Shown here: positions 7,743-18,833 of the stretch, one piece after another
Position numbering within the stretch: the first letter of the stretch is position 1
Layout of the letters: the number at the start of each line of letters is the position of its first letter
Origin: Gammaproteobacteria bacterium
Lineage (GTDB): Bacteria > Pseudomonadota > Gammaproteobacteria > UBA4575
Length of the DNA: 64,000 bases
Assembly: GCA_965243395.1 (NCBI GenBank)
Contig: CBDEUS010000002.1
Span: forward strand, 992,001-1,056,000
Direction of reading: 5' to 3'
Notes under the pieces: generated by a model
The model's database searches: none
Told to the model about the DNA's origin: nothing
What the model saw: the letters and a program-made list of their open reading frames with translations, nothing else
Program-made: the position numbers and the translations under genes

Positions 7743-10322
7743 ATGCGCATGGATAAATTAACCACTAATTTCCAGCTTGCTTTGCAAGAGGCGCAGTCTA
7801 TGGCAGTCGGGCAGGATCACCAATTCATTGAGCCTGTTCATTTATTGTTGGCAATGCTGAATCAAGACAACAGTGTGGTGGCATCTCTTTATTTAAGTGC
7901 GGGTGCAGATGTAAATGCAATAAAACAGAAATCACAGGAAATAGTAAATCGTTTGCCTCATGTTTCCGGTACTGCCGGTGAAGTGCATATATCGAATAAC
8001 CTTAGTAATCTATTAAATGTAACCGACAAACTTGCACAACAAAGTGGTGACGATTATATCGCTTCCGAAATGTTTGCGGTTGCAGCGATTGAAGACAAGG
8101 GTGAGCTTGGAAGTTTATTAAAACAGTCAGGTTTAAATAAGCAGCAATTAATATCTGCGCTTGAAAAAATGCGAGCAGGAGAAAGCGTGAACGATCCTAA
8201 TGCAGAAGAAACACGACATGCGCTTGATAAATACACGATTGATTTAACCGAGCGAGCAGAACAGGGCAAGCTTGATCCAGTTATTGGTCGTGATGATGAA
8301 ATTCGCCGTGCGGTTCAAGTTTTACAACGTCGTACTAAAAATAATCCAGTACTAATTGGTGAGCCAGGTGTGGGTAAAACGGCCATTGTAGAAGGTTTGG
8401 CTCTGCGCATCGTGAATGGTGAAGTTCCTGAAGGGATTAAAAACAAAAAACTATTATCACTTGATTTAAGTGCACTCATTGCGGGGGCAAAATTTCGTGG
8501 TGAATTTGAAGAAAGACTTAAAGCAGTATTGAAAGAACTTTCTAAGCAGGAAGGGCAGATCATATTATTTATTGATGAGTTACACACCATGGTAGGCGCA
8601 GGCAAAGCTGAAGGGGCTATGGACGCAGGCAATATGTTGAAACCAGCATTAGCACGAGGGGAGTTACATTGTTTGGGTGCAACTACTTTAGATGAATATC
8701 GACAGTATATTGAAAAAGACGCTGCGCTTGAGCGACGTTTCCAAAAAATAATTGTTGATGAACCCAGTGTTGAAGACACCATCGCAATTTTGCGTGGTTT
8801 AAAAGAACGTTATGAAGTGCATCATGGTGTAGATATCACCGATCCGGCGATTGTCAGTGCGGCCACACTCTCTCATCGTTACATTTCAGATCGACAGTTG
8901 CCGGATAAAGCTATTGACTTGATTGATGAGGCTGCTTCACGCATTCGTATGGAAATCGATTCCAAACCGGAATCAATGGATAAACTGGATCGTAAACTTA
9001 TTCAACTAAAAATTGAGCGTGAGGCATTAAAGAAAGAATCTGATGATGCATCCAAGAAACATTTGGATGAACTTGAAGCCGAAATTCAAAAGCTTGAAAA
9101 AGAATATGCAGATCTAGAAGAAATTTGGCGCGCAGAAAAAAATACCTTGCAAGGTTCGCAGGAAGTGAAAGAAGCGCTTGAGCAAGCGCGCATAGACTTA
9201 GATGCTGCACATCGTGCAGGAGATCTAGCCAAGATGTCGGAATTGCAATATGGAAAGATTCCTGAATTAGAAAAGCAATTACAGTCAGCCAGCGAAGTAA
9301 AGAGTGGTGATAATAAATTACTTCGAAATAAAGTTACGGATGCGGAAGTGGCTGAAATTGTTTCGCATTGGACAGGTATTCCAGTATCTAAGATGTTGGC
9401 GGGTGAGCGTGAAAAATTATTGGAGATGGAATCTGTACTTCGTAAGCGAGTCGTTGGTCAAGATGAAGCGGTGCAAGTCGTTTCAGATGCGGTGCGCAGA
9501 TCCCGTGCAGGTATATCTGATCCCAGGCGGCCCAATGGTTCTTTCTTATTTCTTGGGCCAACAGGTGTAGGTAAAACAGAACTGACCAAAGCTTTAACCG
9601 AATTTTTATTTGATAGTGAAGATGCGCTTATTCGTGTAGATATGTCTGAGTTTATGGAAAAACATTCGGTAGCACGTTTAATAGGTGCGCCTCCGGGTTA
9701 TGTGGGTTATGAAGAGGGTGGATATTTAACTGAAGCGGTAAGACGTAAGCCGTATAGTGTTGTATTACTGGATGAAATTGAAAAAGCACACCCGGATGTT
9801 TTTAATATTTTATTACAAGTCTTAGATGATGGTCGCCTAACAGATGGTCATGGTAGAACAGTTGATTTTAAAAATACTGTCGTCATCATGACGTCTAATT
9901 TAGGGAGTGATGTCATACAAGAGCTTTCATCGGATGCGCAGTATGAAGAAATGAAAGCAGCCGTTATGGAAGTGGTTGCAGCACGTTTCAGGCCCGAATT
10001 TATTAATCGCATTGATGATGCGATTGTGTTTCATCCGCTTGCACAAGAGCATATACGTGCCATTACTGAAATCCAGTTAGAGCACTTGCAAAAGAGACTT
10101 AGTGATCGTGATATCAGATTGTCATTTTCAGATATAGCTTTAGAAAAATTATCTAAAGCTGGATTTGATCCAGTCTATGGTGCAAGACCCCTAAAGCGTT
10201 CAATACAAGAACTCGTCGAGAACCCATTAGCCCAAAAGTTGTTATCAGGTGATATAAAAACGGGCGCAGAGGTGAGCGTTGATGTAAAAAGTGATCAATT
10301 AGAATTTGTTTCGAAATCTTAG
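7743..10322 (+). CDS. clpB: ATP-dependent chaperone ClpB
   Basis: Two AAA+ domains ([16 protein letters not shown]) and coiled-coil M domain; 859 aa. Confidence 0.98.
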   Translation: MRMDKLTTNFQLALQEAQSMAVGQDHQFIEPVHLLLAMLNQDNSVVASLYLSAGADVNAIKQKSQEIVNRLPHVSGTAGEVHISNNLSNLLNVTDKLAQQSGDDYIASEMFAVAAIEDKGELGSLLKQSGLNKQQLISALEKMRAGESVNDPNAEETRHALDKYTIDLTERAEQGKLDPVIGRDDEIRRAVQVLQRRTKNNPVLIGEPGVGKTAIVEGLALRIVNGEVPEGIKNKKLLSLDLSALIAGAKFRGEFEERLKAVLKELSKQEGQIILFIDELHTMVGAGKAEGAMDAGNMLKPALARGELHCLGATTLDEYRQYIEKDAALERRFQKIIVDEPSVEDTIAILRGLKERYEVHHGVDITDPAIVSAATLSHRYISDRQLPDKAIDLIDEAASRIRMEIDSKPESMDKLDRKLIQLKIEREALKKESDDASKKHLDELEAEIQKLEKEYADLEEIWRAEKNTLQGSQEVKEALEQARIDLDAAHRAGDLAKMSELQYGKIPELEKQLQSASEVKSGDNKLLRNKVTDAEVAEIVSHWTGIPVSKMLAGEREKLLEMESVLRKRVVGQDEAVQVVSDAVRRSRAGISDPRRPNGSFLFLGPTGVGKTELTKALTEFLFDSEDALIRVDMSEFMEKHSVARLIGAPPGYVGYEEGGYLTEAVRRKPYSVVLLDEIEKAHPDVFNILLQVLDDGRLTDGHGRTVDFKNTVVIMTSNLGSDVIQELSSDAQYEEMKAAVMEVVAARFRPEFINRIDDAIVFHPLAQEHIRAITEIQLEHLQKRLSDRDIRLSFSDIALEKLSKAGFDPVYGARPLKRSIQELVENPLAQKLLSGDIKTGAEVSVDVKSDQLEFVSKS

Positions 10323-10331
10323 CTTTAATAT

Positions 10332-10360
10332 AAGGAGCAACGTATAGTTGCTCCTTTATT
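10332..10360. terminator. Probable bidirectional intrinsic terminator
   Basis: AAGGAGCAAC-GTATA-GTTGCTCCTT hairpin between convergent genes. Confidence 0.75.
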
Positions 10361-10376
10361 ACCACATTGCCACATA

Positions 10377-10769
10377 TTAGTGTCTTCGGTTAAAACGTTG
10401 ACCTTTGCGATCAAGCCGACGATCAATGCGATCTCCTTTTCGATCTAATCGATTATCAATGCGATCACCTTTTCGGTCTAATCGATTATCAATGCGGTCT
10501 CCTTTTCTTTCTAGACGATTCGCCAAATGATCTTTACCAGCATCGCGTGCGCGGTCAGCTTTATGATCCAAGCGGTTTTCAATACGATCACCTTTGCGGT
10601 CAAGCCTTCGGTCGACGCGATCACCCTTGCGGTCTAAACGGTTTTCGATACGATCACCTTTGCGATCTAAATGTCGTTCAACCCTATCGCCTTTGTCCGC
10701 ACTTGCTATAGAAGTACCGCCAAGCAATAACACAGCCGAGAAAAGTAGTGCTAAGTTTTTCGTTTTCAT
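10377..10769 (-). CDS. Secreted protein with 11-residue DRKGDRI(D/E)NRL repeats
   Basis: Signal peptide ending ASA; about 9 hendecad repeats; GGAG RBS upstream. Confidence 0.85.
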   Translation of the reverse strand: MKTKNLALLFSAVLLLGGTSIASADKGDRVERHLDRKGDRIENRLDRKGDRVDRRLDRKGDRIENRLDHKADRARDAGKDHLANRLERKGDRIDNRLDRKGDRIDNRLDRKGDRIDRRLDRKGQRFNRRH

Positions 10770-10888
10770 ATTCTTTACTCCAGTTGCATGATTTACAGTA
10801 CATACAACGTGTGAGTTAGAATTACGTTGACAGCAGTAGTACTTTATTAGTGTTAGGCCTAATAGAGCGAAATAGCTCTAGAACTTAG

Positions 10889-11734
10889 TCACTTACGTTC
10901 GATCTTTGATGATTTTGAAAGCAAAGTATCAAGAATAGGTGTAGGTAATAGCCTCTTTAGGTAAGCAAATAAAAAGGTTGGAACCGTTACGTAGTATCTG
11001 GTTCTCGGGTTTCTGCTGTTTAATGCAAGCAGCACCTTTTTTGTTACTGCTTCTGGTTCTAATGTAAAGGGTACTGCCGGGCCTTCAGTTTCTAAACGCG
11101 CAATAGTGTCTTGGTACTGATCATGAAAGCGGCTTTTTTTACTTTCAATATTTTTTTGAAATAGTAATAAGCTGTTTTGTCTAAATCGACTGGTAATTGG
11201 GCCCGGTTCAACTATGGATACACGAATATTTGTATTTTTTAATTCTAAACGCAATGTATCGCTGATACCTTCGAGCGCAAATTTAGAGGCAATATAGGCG
11301 CCGCGAAATGGCATGGCAACGAATCCAAGTACAGAACTGATTTGAACAATTCTGCCATAACCTTGTTGATGCATAGCTGGAAGAATTGAATTTGTAAGTT
11401 CGACTAAACCAAATAAATTGGTTTCGAATTGATCTATTAATACACTACGTTGTAAATCTTCTACTGCTCCAGGTTGTCCAAAGCCAGCATTATTAATCAA
11501 TCCGTAAAGTTTTCCATTTGTTTCATTTAATACTGTTTTTACAGCTGATTGGATCGATTCAGAATTTGCAACGTCCAATTGCAAGCTCCTCAATCCAAGA
11601 CTAGAAAGTTTTTCTACATCAGATTGTTTTCTTGCTGAGGCAAATACTTCATAACCGTTTTCTTTTAGTGAATGAGCTAGATGTAATCCAATCCCGGAAG
11701 AGCAACCTGTTATTAAAATATTCTTATCAACCAT
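10889..11734 (-). CDS. Short-chain dehydrogenase/reductase (YbbO-like)
   Basis: TGCSSGIG, NNAG and YIASK catalytic motif. Confidence 0.92.
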   Translation of the reverse strand: MVDKNILITGCSSGIGLHLAHSLKENGYEVFASARKQSDVEKLSSLGLRSLQLDVANSESIQSAVKTVLNETNGKLYGLINNAGFGQPGAVEDLQRSVLIDQFETNLFGLVELTNSILPAMHQQGYGRIVQISSVLGFVAMPFRGAYIASKFALEGISDTLRLELKNTNIRVSIVEPGPITSRFRQNSLLLFQKNIESKKSRFHDQYQDTIARLETEGPAVPFTLEPEAVTKKVLLALNSRNPRTRYYVTVPTFLFAYLKRLLPTPILDTLLSKSSKIERK

Positions 11735-11751
11735 GAAAAATATTCTGACAT

Positions 11752-11788
11752 AAAAAAACCGGACCTCTTTCGAAGCCCGGTTTTTATT
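11752..11788 (-). terminator. Intrinsic terminator after the substrate-binding protein gene
   Basis: AAAAAACCGG...CCGGTTTTTT hairpin with T/A tracts on both sides. Confidence 0.7.
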
Positions 11789-11822
11789 ACACTTAATGTG
11801 TGACTAGATCTTATAGATCATC

Positions 11823-13172
11823 CTATAAGTCAAAATCATCATCATTGTTGTCAGCAGTGCAAGGACGTGCCTCAATCTGGTTGTCCGCAGCATACTGCTC
11901 GGCACCCGCATCAATAATGGCTTGAGATAACGGTACGTCACCTTCAATCCAATCCGATACGATGTTCCACTGACGCTTGCCGGCATCCCATTGCTGGAAT
12001 TTCGCAAGGTGACCGCCTACGTGGTCTAAGCAGGTAAGGTTCAACTCAGGTACAAGACCGGTTGCGCCTAGCTCTTCAATGCGTGCCGCATCTAAACGTA
12101 GGTTCTCAAAGCCCCAGCGTGCTTCCGCTGAAGTCAATGGACGGTTGCCAAAACGTGCTTGGGCAATGCGTAGCGCTTCAGTGTGTACCACACCCGCTAA
12201 TACGCCAAGGTTCCAGTACACAGAGCCTAAACGTGACTTATCTTGTAGGTCTCCGTTTCCAGCGCCATATACAGTCTTGATGATTTCTTGTACGACTGCG
12301 AAGTCGGTGCCTGCAGGGTGGGTGGTAATCGCTTGATAACCATCTGCCGCTTTACCTGCTGGAATCACGTCTTCGTCTGAGTTAGACCAGATGTTGCCGA
12401 TTAGACGGCTTACTGGATAACCGGTACGTACCGCAGTCTGCATCGCTACTGGGTTCATTACACCCCAGCCTCTGAGTAGTACATAGTCAGGCTTAAGTTT
12501 ACGAATGTTCAACCATTGAGATTGTTGTTCGTTACCTGGGTGAGGTACTTCTAGAGGGTGATGCGTACAACCGTGCTTCTCGCACATGCTGTCCATAAAG
12601 TCGATCGCTTCACGACCGTATGGAGATCCGTGATAAAGCATGGCAATTTTCTTGCCTTTCAGGTTGTCACGTCCGCCTTCTAATACGTCACCAATGAAGT
12701 GCACCATAATAGAGTGCTCGTCATAGGTGTTGATGCCAGGCATAAAGTAGTAAGGGAAGATGTCGCCACGCTGTCCCGCGGTCTTACCGTGGTTCACCGC
12801 AATAATGGGCATCTTGTCTTTACGTCCGGTCTCAATCAATGCAGTTGAGATACCTACTGATAATGGGTCAAAGAATACCGCACCACCTTCACGATCTTTT
12901 AATCGCTTGTAGCACTCTACTCCGCGCTCCACTGAATACTCAGTCTCGCACTCTGACCAGATCAGCTTCACGCCATTGACGCCGCCATCTCTTTCATTAA
13001 GTAGGTTGTAGTAGTCTAGGATGCCACCAAAATAACCCGTTCCACCTGCCGCGTATGGTCCTACGCGATAACTTGGAATCGGTACGTACATGGTCTCTTC
13101 GGCTTGTACCGCCGTACTCACCGCTAGCATCGATCCTAATGCCACTACTAACGTTAATAGTTTTTTCTTCAT
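11823..13172 (-). CDS. ABC transporter substrate-binding protein (branched-chain amino acid/LivJ-like family)
   Basis: Signal peptide; YRVGPYAAGG, NERDGGVNG, ECETEY and LRGWGVMN motifs; strong AGGAGGAG RBS. Confidence 0.88.
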   Translation of the reverse strand: MKKKLLTLVVALGSMLAVSTAVQAEETMYVPIPSYRVGPYAAGGTGYFGGILDYYNLLNERDGGVNGVKLIWSECETEYSVERGVECYKRLKDREGGAVFFDPLSVGISTALIETGRKDKMPIIAVNHGKTAGQRGDIFPYYFMPGINTYDEHSIMVHFIGDVLEGGRDNLKGKKIAMLYHGSPYGREAIDFMDSMCEKHGCTHHPLEVPHPGNEQQSQWLNIRKLKPDYVLLRGWGVMNPVAMQTAVRTGYPVSRLIGNIWSNSDEDVIPAGKAADGYQAITTHPAGTDFAVVQEIIKTVYGAGNGDLQDKSRLGSVYWNLGVLAGVVHTEALRIAQARFGNRPLTSAEARWGFENLRLDAARIEELGATGLVPELNLTCLDHVGGHLAKFQQWDAGKRQWNIVSDWIEGDVPLSQAIIDAGAEQYAADNQIEARPCTADNNDDDFDL

Positions 13173-13249
13173 GTGTACTCCTCCTGTCCTTCAAGTACAT
13201 GGGTCAAAAAAATAACCACAAGTCTTAAAACAAGGGTTGATTTTGAATC

Positions 13250-13303
13250 GTGAAAAGTCTTTTCACATCTTGTAAAAAAATAACTTAAGTAGTTATTTTT
13301 TTA
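13250..13303. promoter_or_regulatory. Two perfect inverted repeats upstream of the SBP gene (candidate operators)
   Basis: GTGAAAAG-T-CTTTTCAC (13250-13266); TAAAAAAATAACT-TAAGT-AGTTATTTTTTTA (13273-13303). Confidence 0.45.
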
Positions 13304-13530
13304 GACCACATAGGCTAATAGAAGTTTTAGCCATATATGCCTTACGGGCAGTGTAGCCATTGCGTCGGGGAATGCAAGTTAAATAGATAGTTTGAAATAA
13401 AGTAGATAAGAATATATTAAAATACTAAACGAATTATATTACCCAAATAAAAACATGGTTAAGAAAATTTGTTTATTAAATACTTAAGCTAAATGCTTAA
13501 GTTACGGGCAATTTGTGATTAAACGTAGGC

Positions 13531-13857
13531 TTATGGAATACAACGATACACTGCAAATGTTTGTTGTCCATTATCAATTTTAGAAATCGCAGTTACTGTA
13601 TCGCCCCCCATGTTTACTGAGCTGTTACGCGCCAAAATTTGCAGTTCCTTTGCAATGACTGTGGGTTGACGAGGAACCGTCATTAAAGTGGGTTTAACTT
13701 TTACAGTTGTAGCACCACGTTTTTGGCAGTTCGCAACCTCACCTGCACTTAATACACGGGCTTTTTCGCCACCATGAGTAAGCTTCACAGTTGCACACGC
13801 ATTAAGTGCAAACGCAACTAAAACAGAAAACAAAATAAAATAAATTTTTTTCAGCAT
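13531..13857 (-). CDS. DUF4156-like lipoprotein
   Basis: Lipobox LNAC; C-terminal ARNS..MGGDTV...YRC pattern. Confidence 0.75.
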   Translation of the reverse strand: MLKKIYFILFSVLVAFALNACATVKLTHGGEKARVLSAGEVANCQKRGATTVKVKPTLMTVPRQPTVIAKELQILARNSSVNMGGDTVTAISKIDNGQQTFAVYRCIP

Positions 13858-13932
13858 ATTAAAAAAGCCTTTATAAGATTTTTCCTTATTATACCTATTT
13901 AAATGTTTGGATTATTAGATTGTAGGTTAGTT

Positions 13933-15666
13933 TCAATTGCTTTTAGAATTTTTAATTGTTTCTTCTATAAAGTCTACTAAATTATCGATAGGAATCTGCT
14001 GGGCTTCTTTATCTGTGCGGCCTTTATATTCGATCATTCCGTCGTCTAAGCCGCGATCACTTACAACTATTCGGTGCGGAATGCCAATTAGTTCATGATC
14101 TTTAAACATTAGTCCTACACGAAGATCGCGGTCATCAAAAAATATTTCAATAGCTCTTTGTTTTATGTCTTCATACAAGCGTTCACAAGTTTTTTTCACT
14201 TGGGTAGATTTTTTCATATTGATTGGAATTAATGAGATTTCAAAAGGTGCAATGGCTTGTGGCCAAATAATTCCATATTCATCAAAATTTTGTTCAATCG
14301 CAGCAGCGACTACACGAGTCACTCCGATACCGTAACAACCCATGGTAAGAATTTGCTCTTTACTGTCATCACCTAGCACACTGGCTTTAAGGGCTTGGCT
14401 ATACTTATCGCCTAGCTGAAATATATGTCCTACTTCAATTCCGCGTTTAATCAGCACTGTACCTTTGCCATCTGGGCTTGGATCACCTTCAATTATTTTT
14501 CGAATATCGACACTGTTGGTTTCATCAAATTTTTCAAAGTCTCGCTTCCAATCTACGCCTTTCATATGGAAGCCATCTTCATTTGCACCACAAACAAAAT
14601 CATTTAATGTTGATGCAGCATGATCTATCAGTACAGGACAATTTAGTTTTAAGGGTCCAATAGAACCTGGTTTGCATCCTAATTGTTTTTGTATTTCTGT
14701 CTCACTGGCAAATTCGATAGGGTCTGCAACAGCGGGTAATTTTTGTGCTTTTATAGCATTCAGTTCATGGTCACCACGTATCACAAGAGCTACTAGTGGA
14801 CTACTGCTTCCTTTAACTACGAGTGTCTTGGCAACTTGATCCGCTTTTACTTTTAAAAATTTGCAAACATCTTCGATACTGTGTTGATTAGGTGTGGCTA
14901 TTTTTTCTAAGTCAGATCGAGATTGTGTATCAGATATATTGTCAGATTTGTATACGGGAGCGAGTTCTACATTTGCCGCATAATCGCTCTGAGTAGAAAA
15001 GGCAATTGCATCTTCGCCTGATTCCGCTAATACATGAAATTCATGCGATGCATTACCTCCAATACTGCCGGTATCCGCTTCTACTGCACGAAACTCAAGC
15101 CCTAGACGTGTGAAAATATTTTGATAAGTCGTAAACATTACTTGATAAGTACGTTCCAAACATTTTTTATTTAAGTGGAATGAGTAAGCATCCTTCATGC
15201 TAAATTCACGAGCTCTCATCACACCAAAGCGTGGGCGAATTTCATCACGAAATTTGGTTTGTATTTGATAAAAATTAACCGGTAGTTGTTTATAGCTACG
15301 AATTTCTTTGCGAACAAAGTCTGTGATTACTTCTTCATGAGTCGGGCCATAGCAAAATTCACGATCATGGCGATCATGTATGCGTAATAATTCGGGTCCA
15401 TATTGATCCCACCGTTCTGATTCTTGCCATAACTCAGCAGGTTGTATAGAGGGCATTAAAACTTCTATTGCACCGGACTTATTCATCTCTTCACGAATAA
15501 TATTTTCAACTTTTCGTAAAGTGCGCAGGCCCATAGGCATCCATGTGTATAACCCAGCTGCCAAGCGACGGATCATGCCAGCACGTAACATCAGTTGGTG
15601 GCTGATCACTTCTGCATCGGCTGGAGATTCTTTAAGAGTAGATAAAAAGAACTGACTTACGCGCAT
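13933..15666 (-). CDS. proS: Proline--tRNA ligase
   Basis: [23 protein letters not shown], editing domain, GCYGIG. Confidence 0.98.
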   Translation of the reverse strand: MRVSQFFLSTLKESPADAEVISHQLMLRAGMIRRLAAGLYTWMPMGLRTLRKVENIIREEMNKSGAIEVLMPSIQPAELWQESERWDQYGPELLRIHDRHDREFCYGPTHEEVITDFVRKEIRSYKQLPVNFYQIQTKFRDEIRPRFGVMRAREFSMKDAYSFHLNKKCLERTYQVMFTTYQNIFTRLGLEFRAVEADTGSIGGNASHEFHVLAESGEDAIAFSTQSDYAANVELAPVYKSDNISDTQSRSDLEKIATPNQHSIEDVCKFLKVKADQVAKTLVVKGSSSPLVALVIRGDHELNAIKAQKLPAVADPIEFASETEIQKQLGCKPGSIGPLKLNCPVLIDHAASTLNDFVCGANEDGFHMKGVDWKRDFEKFDETNSVDIRKIIEGDPSPDGKGTVLIKRGIEVGHIFQLGDKYSQALKASVLGDDSKEQILTMGCYGIGVTRVVAAAIEQNFDEYGIIWPQAIAPFEISLIPINMKKSTQVKKTCERLYEDIKQRAIEIFFDDRDLRVGLMFKDHELIGIPHRIVVSDRGLDDGMIEYKGRTDKEAQQIPIDNLVDFIEETIKNSKSN

Positions 15667-15785
15667 AAAGATATATAGATTGAGTCAATCAGAATTATTA
15701 GTTATTCAAGCTACATAGTAACAAGAAGTCACCACGATCCATATCATGGAGAAAATATAAACAGGGATAATTCAGCTAGCAGAAT

Positions 15786-16235
15786 CTAGCTGCAGAATTC
15801 TTTGACTTGTTCTTCAGTCTCTTCAATTTTAGCTTGGCGTTCTTCTTCGCTCAGCTTGCGGTATACATCACCGTCTTTAACTGTCACTTGGCCACGGCTG
15901 GTGAGGGATTCCATGTTTTTAGTGGCAATTGCACAGTTTTCAGCTTTGATTTTATTGCTCTCTTCTAAAACTTCTTTGTCCAATTCTTTTTGTTTGCGTT
16001 GCTCACGTCGCTCTTCAAATGTACTACCAGAGCTGCTTGAACCAGAATTTGCAGTGGCGACAGAAGTTTTACCAATCTCTTCTTCAAAGACCACCTCAAA
16101 GGGTACCCCTGGTGCAGGAGGAGTTTGGCTATATATGATTCGACCTTCCTCTGTCCACTTATACACAGGTCCAGCATGAGCAGCTGCCAATAATAAGAAG
16201 GTGAAGCAAATCGTAAATAGTGTTTTAGCAATCAT
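15786..16235 (-). CDS. DUF4124-domain exported protein
   Basis: Signal peptide then VYKWTEEGRIIYSQTPP; C-terminal Cys pair. Confidence 0.8.
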   Translation of the reverse strand: MIAKTLFTICFTFLLLAAAHAGPVYKWTEEGRIIYSQTPPAPGVPFEVVFEEEIGKTSVATANSGSSSSGSTFEERREQRKQKELDKEVLEESNKIKAENCAIATKNMESLTSRGQVTVKDGDVYRKLSEEERQAKIEETEEQVKEFCS

Positions 16236-16511
16236 CAGTGGTGAAAATCATGTGTCTTTGAACGTATACAGTCTAGCAAAATAAGCCAAATTATGGGGAT
16301 TTCTGGATTTAAGAAAGGCTGGGCGGAGCTATTCGAACGACGAAGCAAGCGATCAAGCAAGGACTTAGATCACACTCTGGTGTACGTAGGTACTTGTTTT
16401 ATAACCATTGTTAACCCAAATTTTTAATGAAATTTCATGAGACTTCGCATGGGCATCTGGTGCTATACTGGCACCTATAAAAAAAAATAATTAGGCTTCA
16501 AAGAGGTCTCC

Positions 16512-17411
16512 ATGGCGGATCGACGATTACAGGTATTTTATACCGTGGCTAAGTTGCTTAGTTTCACGAAGGCAGCAGAAACCCTGCACATGACTCAACC
16601 AGCGGTTACTTTTCAGGTACGTCAGCTGGAAGAGCATTTCAACACTCGTTTATTTGATCGTACTCATAATCGCGTCACATTAACTGAAGCGGGCAGAAAA
16701 TCTTATGAATATGCAGAAGAGATTTTTGAGCTCTATGCTGAAATGGAAAATTCTATTAAAGAGTTAACTGGTGATGTAAGTGGTGTTTTAACGTTGGGAG
16801 CAAGCACGACCATTGCAGAGTACATGTTACCGAGTCTACTCAGTGGTTTTACCAAAGAATATCCAGATATACAGCTGCGCCTTAAAGTTTCTAATACCGA
16901 GGGAATCGTGTCGATGATTGAAAATAGTATGATCGACTTAGGTATTGTTGAAGGACCTGTTACAAATAAAAATTTGTTAGTTGAAGAATGTCGTAAAGAC
17001 TCCTTAGTCGTCATTGTTCCTAAGGATCATGAATTAGCAAGTAGAAGTTCTATCAGTATGGATGAGCTAATGCATTACCCATTTATATGTCGTGAAGAAG
17101 GTTCGGGTACGCGTGATGTGATTATGGAGTACATGCTAAGCCAGGGATTGGATCGAAATAATTTAAATATTAGTTTAGAACTTGGTAGCCCTGAATCAGT
17201 TAAGGGTGCAGTAGAAGCGGGAATGGGTGTTTCAATTGTTTCAAATGTCACAATCGAGAAGGAACTCAAGTTGGATAGCTTATATAAAGTTGATTTGTCT
17301 CCTCAACTTGAAAGACCTTTTTCATTCGTGCGTCAAAGACAAAAATTTAGACTGCATGCAATGGAACAGTTGCTTGACTATGCAAGAGGATATTGCAGTC
17401 CAAACAATTAA
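16512..17411 (+). CDS. LysR-family regulator (CysL/YeiE-like)
   Basis: HTH SFTKAAETLHMTQPAVT; REEGSGTR. Confidence 0.93.
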   Translation: MADRRLQVFYTVAKLLSFTKAAETLHMTQPAVTFQVRQLEEHFNTRLFDRTHNRVTLTEAGRKSYEYAEEIFELYAEMENSIKELTGDVSGVLTLGASTTIAEYMLPSLLSGFTKEYPDIQLRLKVSNTEGIVSMIENSMIDLGIVEGPVTNKNLLVEECRKDSLVVIVPKDHELASRSSISMDELMHYPFICREEGSGTRDVIMEYMLSQGLDRNNLNISLELGSPESVKGAVEAGMGVSIVSNVTIEKELKLDSLYKVDLSPQLERPFSFVRQRQKFRLHAMEQLLDYARGYCSPNN

Positions 17412-17520
17412 GCGGCTTAATTTCAGCAGGCTTTATGATGGTTAGCAAAATCTGTTTCTAATGCTTTGAAGAATTATTCTTCTATCTGTGTACTCTTAAT
17501 AGTATTCCTAGATTTAAAAA

Positions 17521-18627
17521 ATGATTGAATACATACGAAATTGGTATCAGCGACACTTCTCTGACCCGCAAGTAGTCATACTCGCATTATTTATCATTGC
17601 AGGATTCGCTATCATTTTGCTTGCTGGTGATTTGCTAGCGCCTATATTGGCTAGCATCGTGATTGCTTATGTATTGGATGGAGCAGTCGAAATTTTAAGA
17701 CGTGGAAAAATCCCTAGATTTTTGGCACTTGGCTTAGTCTTTTCAGCTTTTATTACGTTGTTATTGATTATTATATTTGGGCTTTTGCCTAAGCTTTCGC
17801 AGCAATTCACTCAATTCTTTCGAGAACTTCCTAATATGATCTCTCAAGGTCAGAATTTAATAATGCAGTTACCAGAGCGTTATCCAAGCATTGCTCAAAT
17901 TTTTACTGAAGAACAGATTAATGAACTTATTTGGTCTATTCGATCACAATTAATTTCTGCAGGACATAATTTTATTAGCCAACCTTTGGAATCCGTAGTG
18001 GGCTTGCTCACAATAATGGTTTATTTGATTCTAGTACCTTTGCTTGTATTCTTTTTTCTTAAAGATAAAGAAAAGATTTTAAATTGGCTGGAGGGATTTT
18101 TGCCTTCAAATCGTGAGCTAACAAATGAAGTTTGGTTTGATGTAAACCAAAAAATTGCAAGCTATATACGCGGTAAGTTCATTGAAATATTTTTGATCTG
18201 GTCAGTCACTTATGTAACGTTTGTATTCCTTGGATTAGAGTACGCTATGCTGCTCTCCTTTTTGGTGGGAATTTCCGTAATCATTCCATATGTAGGTGCA
18301 GCAGTTGTCACCATTCCTATTGCATTTGTCGCATATTTCCAATGGGGCTTTAGTGCTGAGTTCGCTTATCTGCTAATTGCTTACACGGTCATACAATTTT
18401 TAGATGGCAATATTCTGGTTCCCTTACTGTTTTCTGAAGTTGTTAATTTGCATCCGGTAGCAATCATTGCAGCCGTACTTGTCTTTGGAGGTATTTGGGG
18501 ATTATGGGGTGTGTTTTTTGCAATTCCCCTTGCAACATTAATAAATGCTGTAATTAAAGCATGGCCTACAAAAAAGAGTTCTGAAGAAATTCAATCAGAT
18601 GAAACGCAGTCCGCTAAACCTGCTTAA
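17521..18627 (+). CDS. AI-2E family transporter (PerM-like)
   Basis: Multi-TM; IPYVGA, QFLDGNILVP and LHPVAII motifs. Confidence 0.9.
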   Translation: MIEYIRNWYQRHFSDPQVVILALFIIAGFAIILLAGDLLAPILASIVIAYVLDGAVEILRRGKIPRFLALGLVFSAFITLLLIIIFGLLPKLSQQFTQFFRELPNMISQGQNLIMQLPERYPSIAQIFTEEQINELIWSIRSQLISAGHNFISQPLESVVGLLTIMVYLILVPLLVFFFLKDKEKILNWLEGFLPSNRELTNEVWFDVNQKIASYIRGKFIEIFLIWSVTYVTFVFLGLEYAMLLSFLVGISVIIPYVGAAVVTIPIAFVAYFQWGFSAEFAYLLIAYTVIQFLDGNILVPLLFSEVVNLHPVAIIAAVLVFGGIWGLWGVFFAIPLATLINAVIKAWPTKKSSEEIQSDETQSAKPA

Positions 18628-18833
18628 ATTTGTTTGTATTAAGATCTATAACAAAACCTGAAACTCACTTAAAAAGCAGATATTTTTATTTGATACAAGT
18701 TTCTTATTTATCGTATCGGTTAAGTTGATATCATTATTTTAATGGGTGTTAAGCTGCCAGATTTCTTGTAATACTATGATTTCATTTGTAATATCGCTCG
18801 CTGCATCAATCAACCAACTTATCGAGGTAGCCT

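Noticed and set aside
10377-10700. 33-bp DNA repeats as a CRISPR or VNTR
   Set aside because: No spacers; variation is largely at synonymous positions, so this is a coding repeat.
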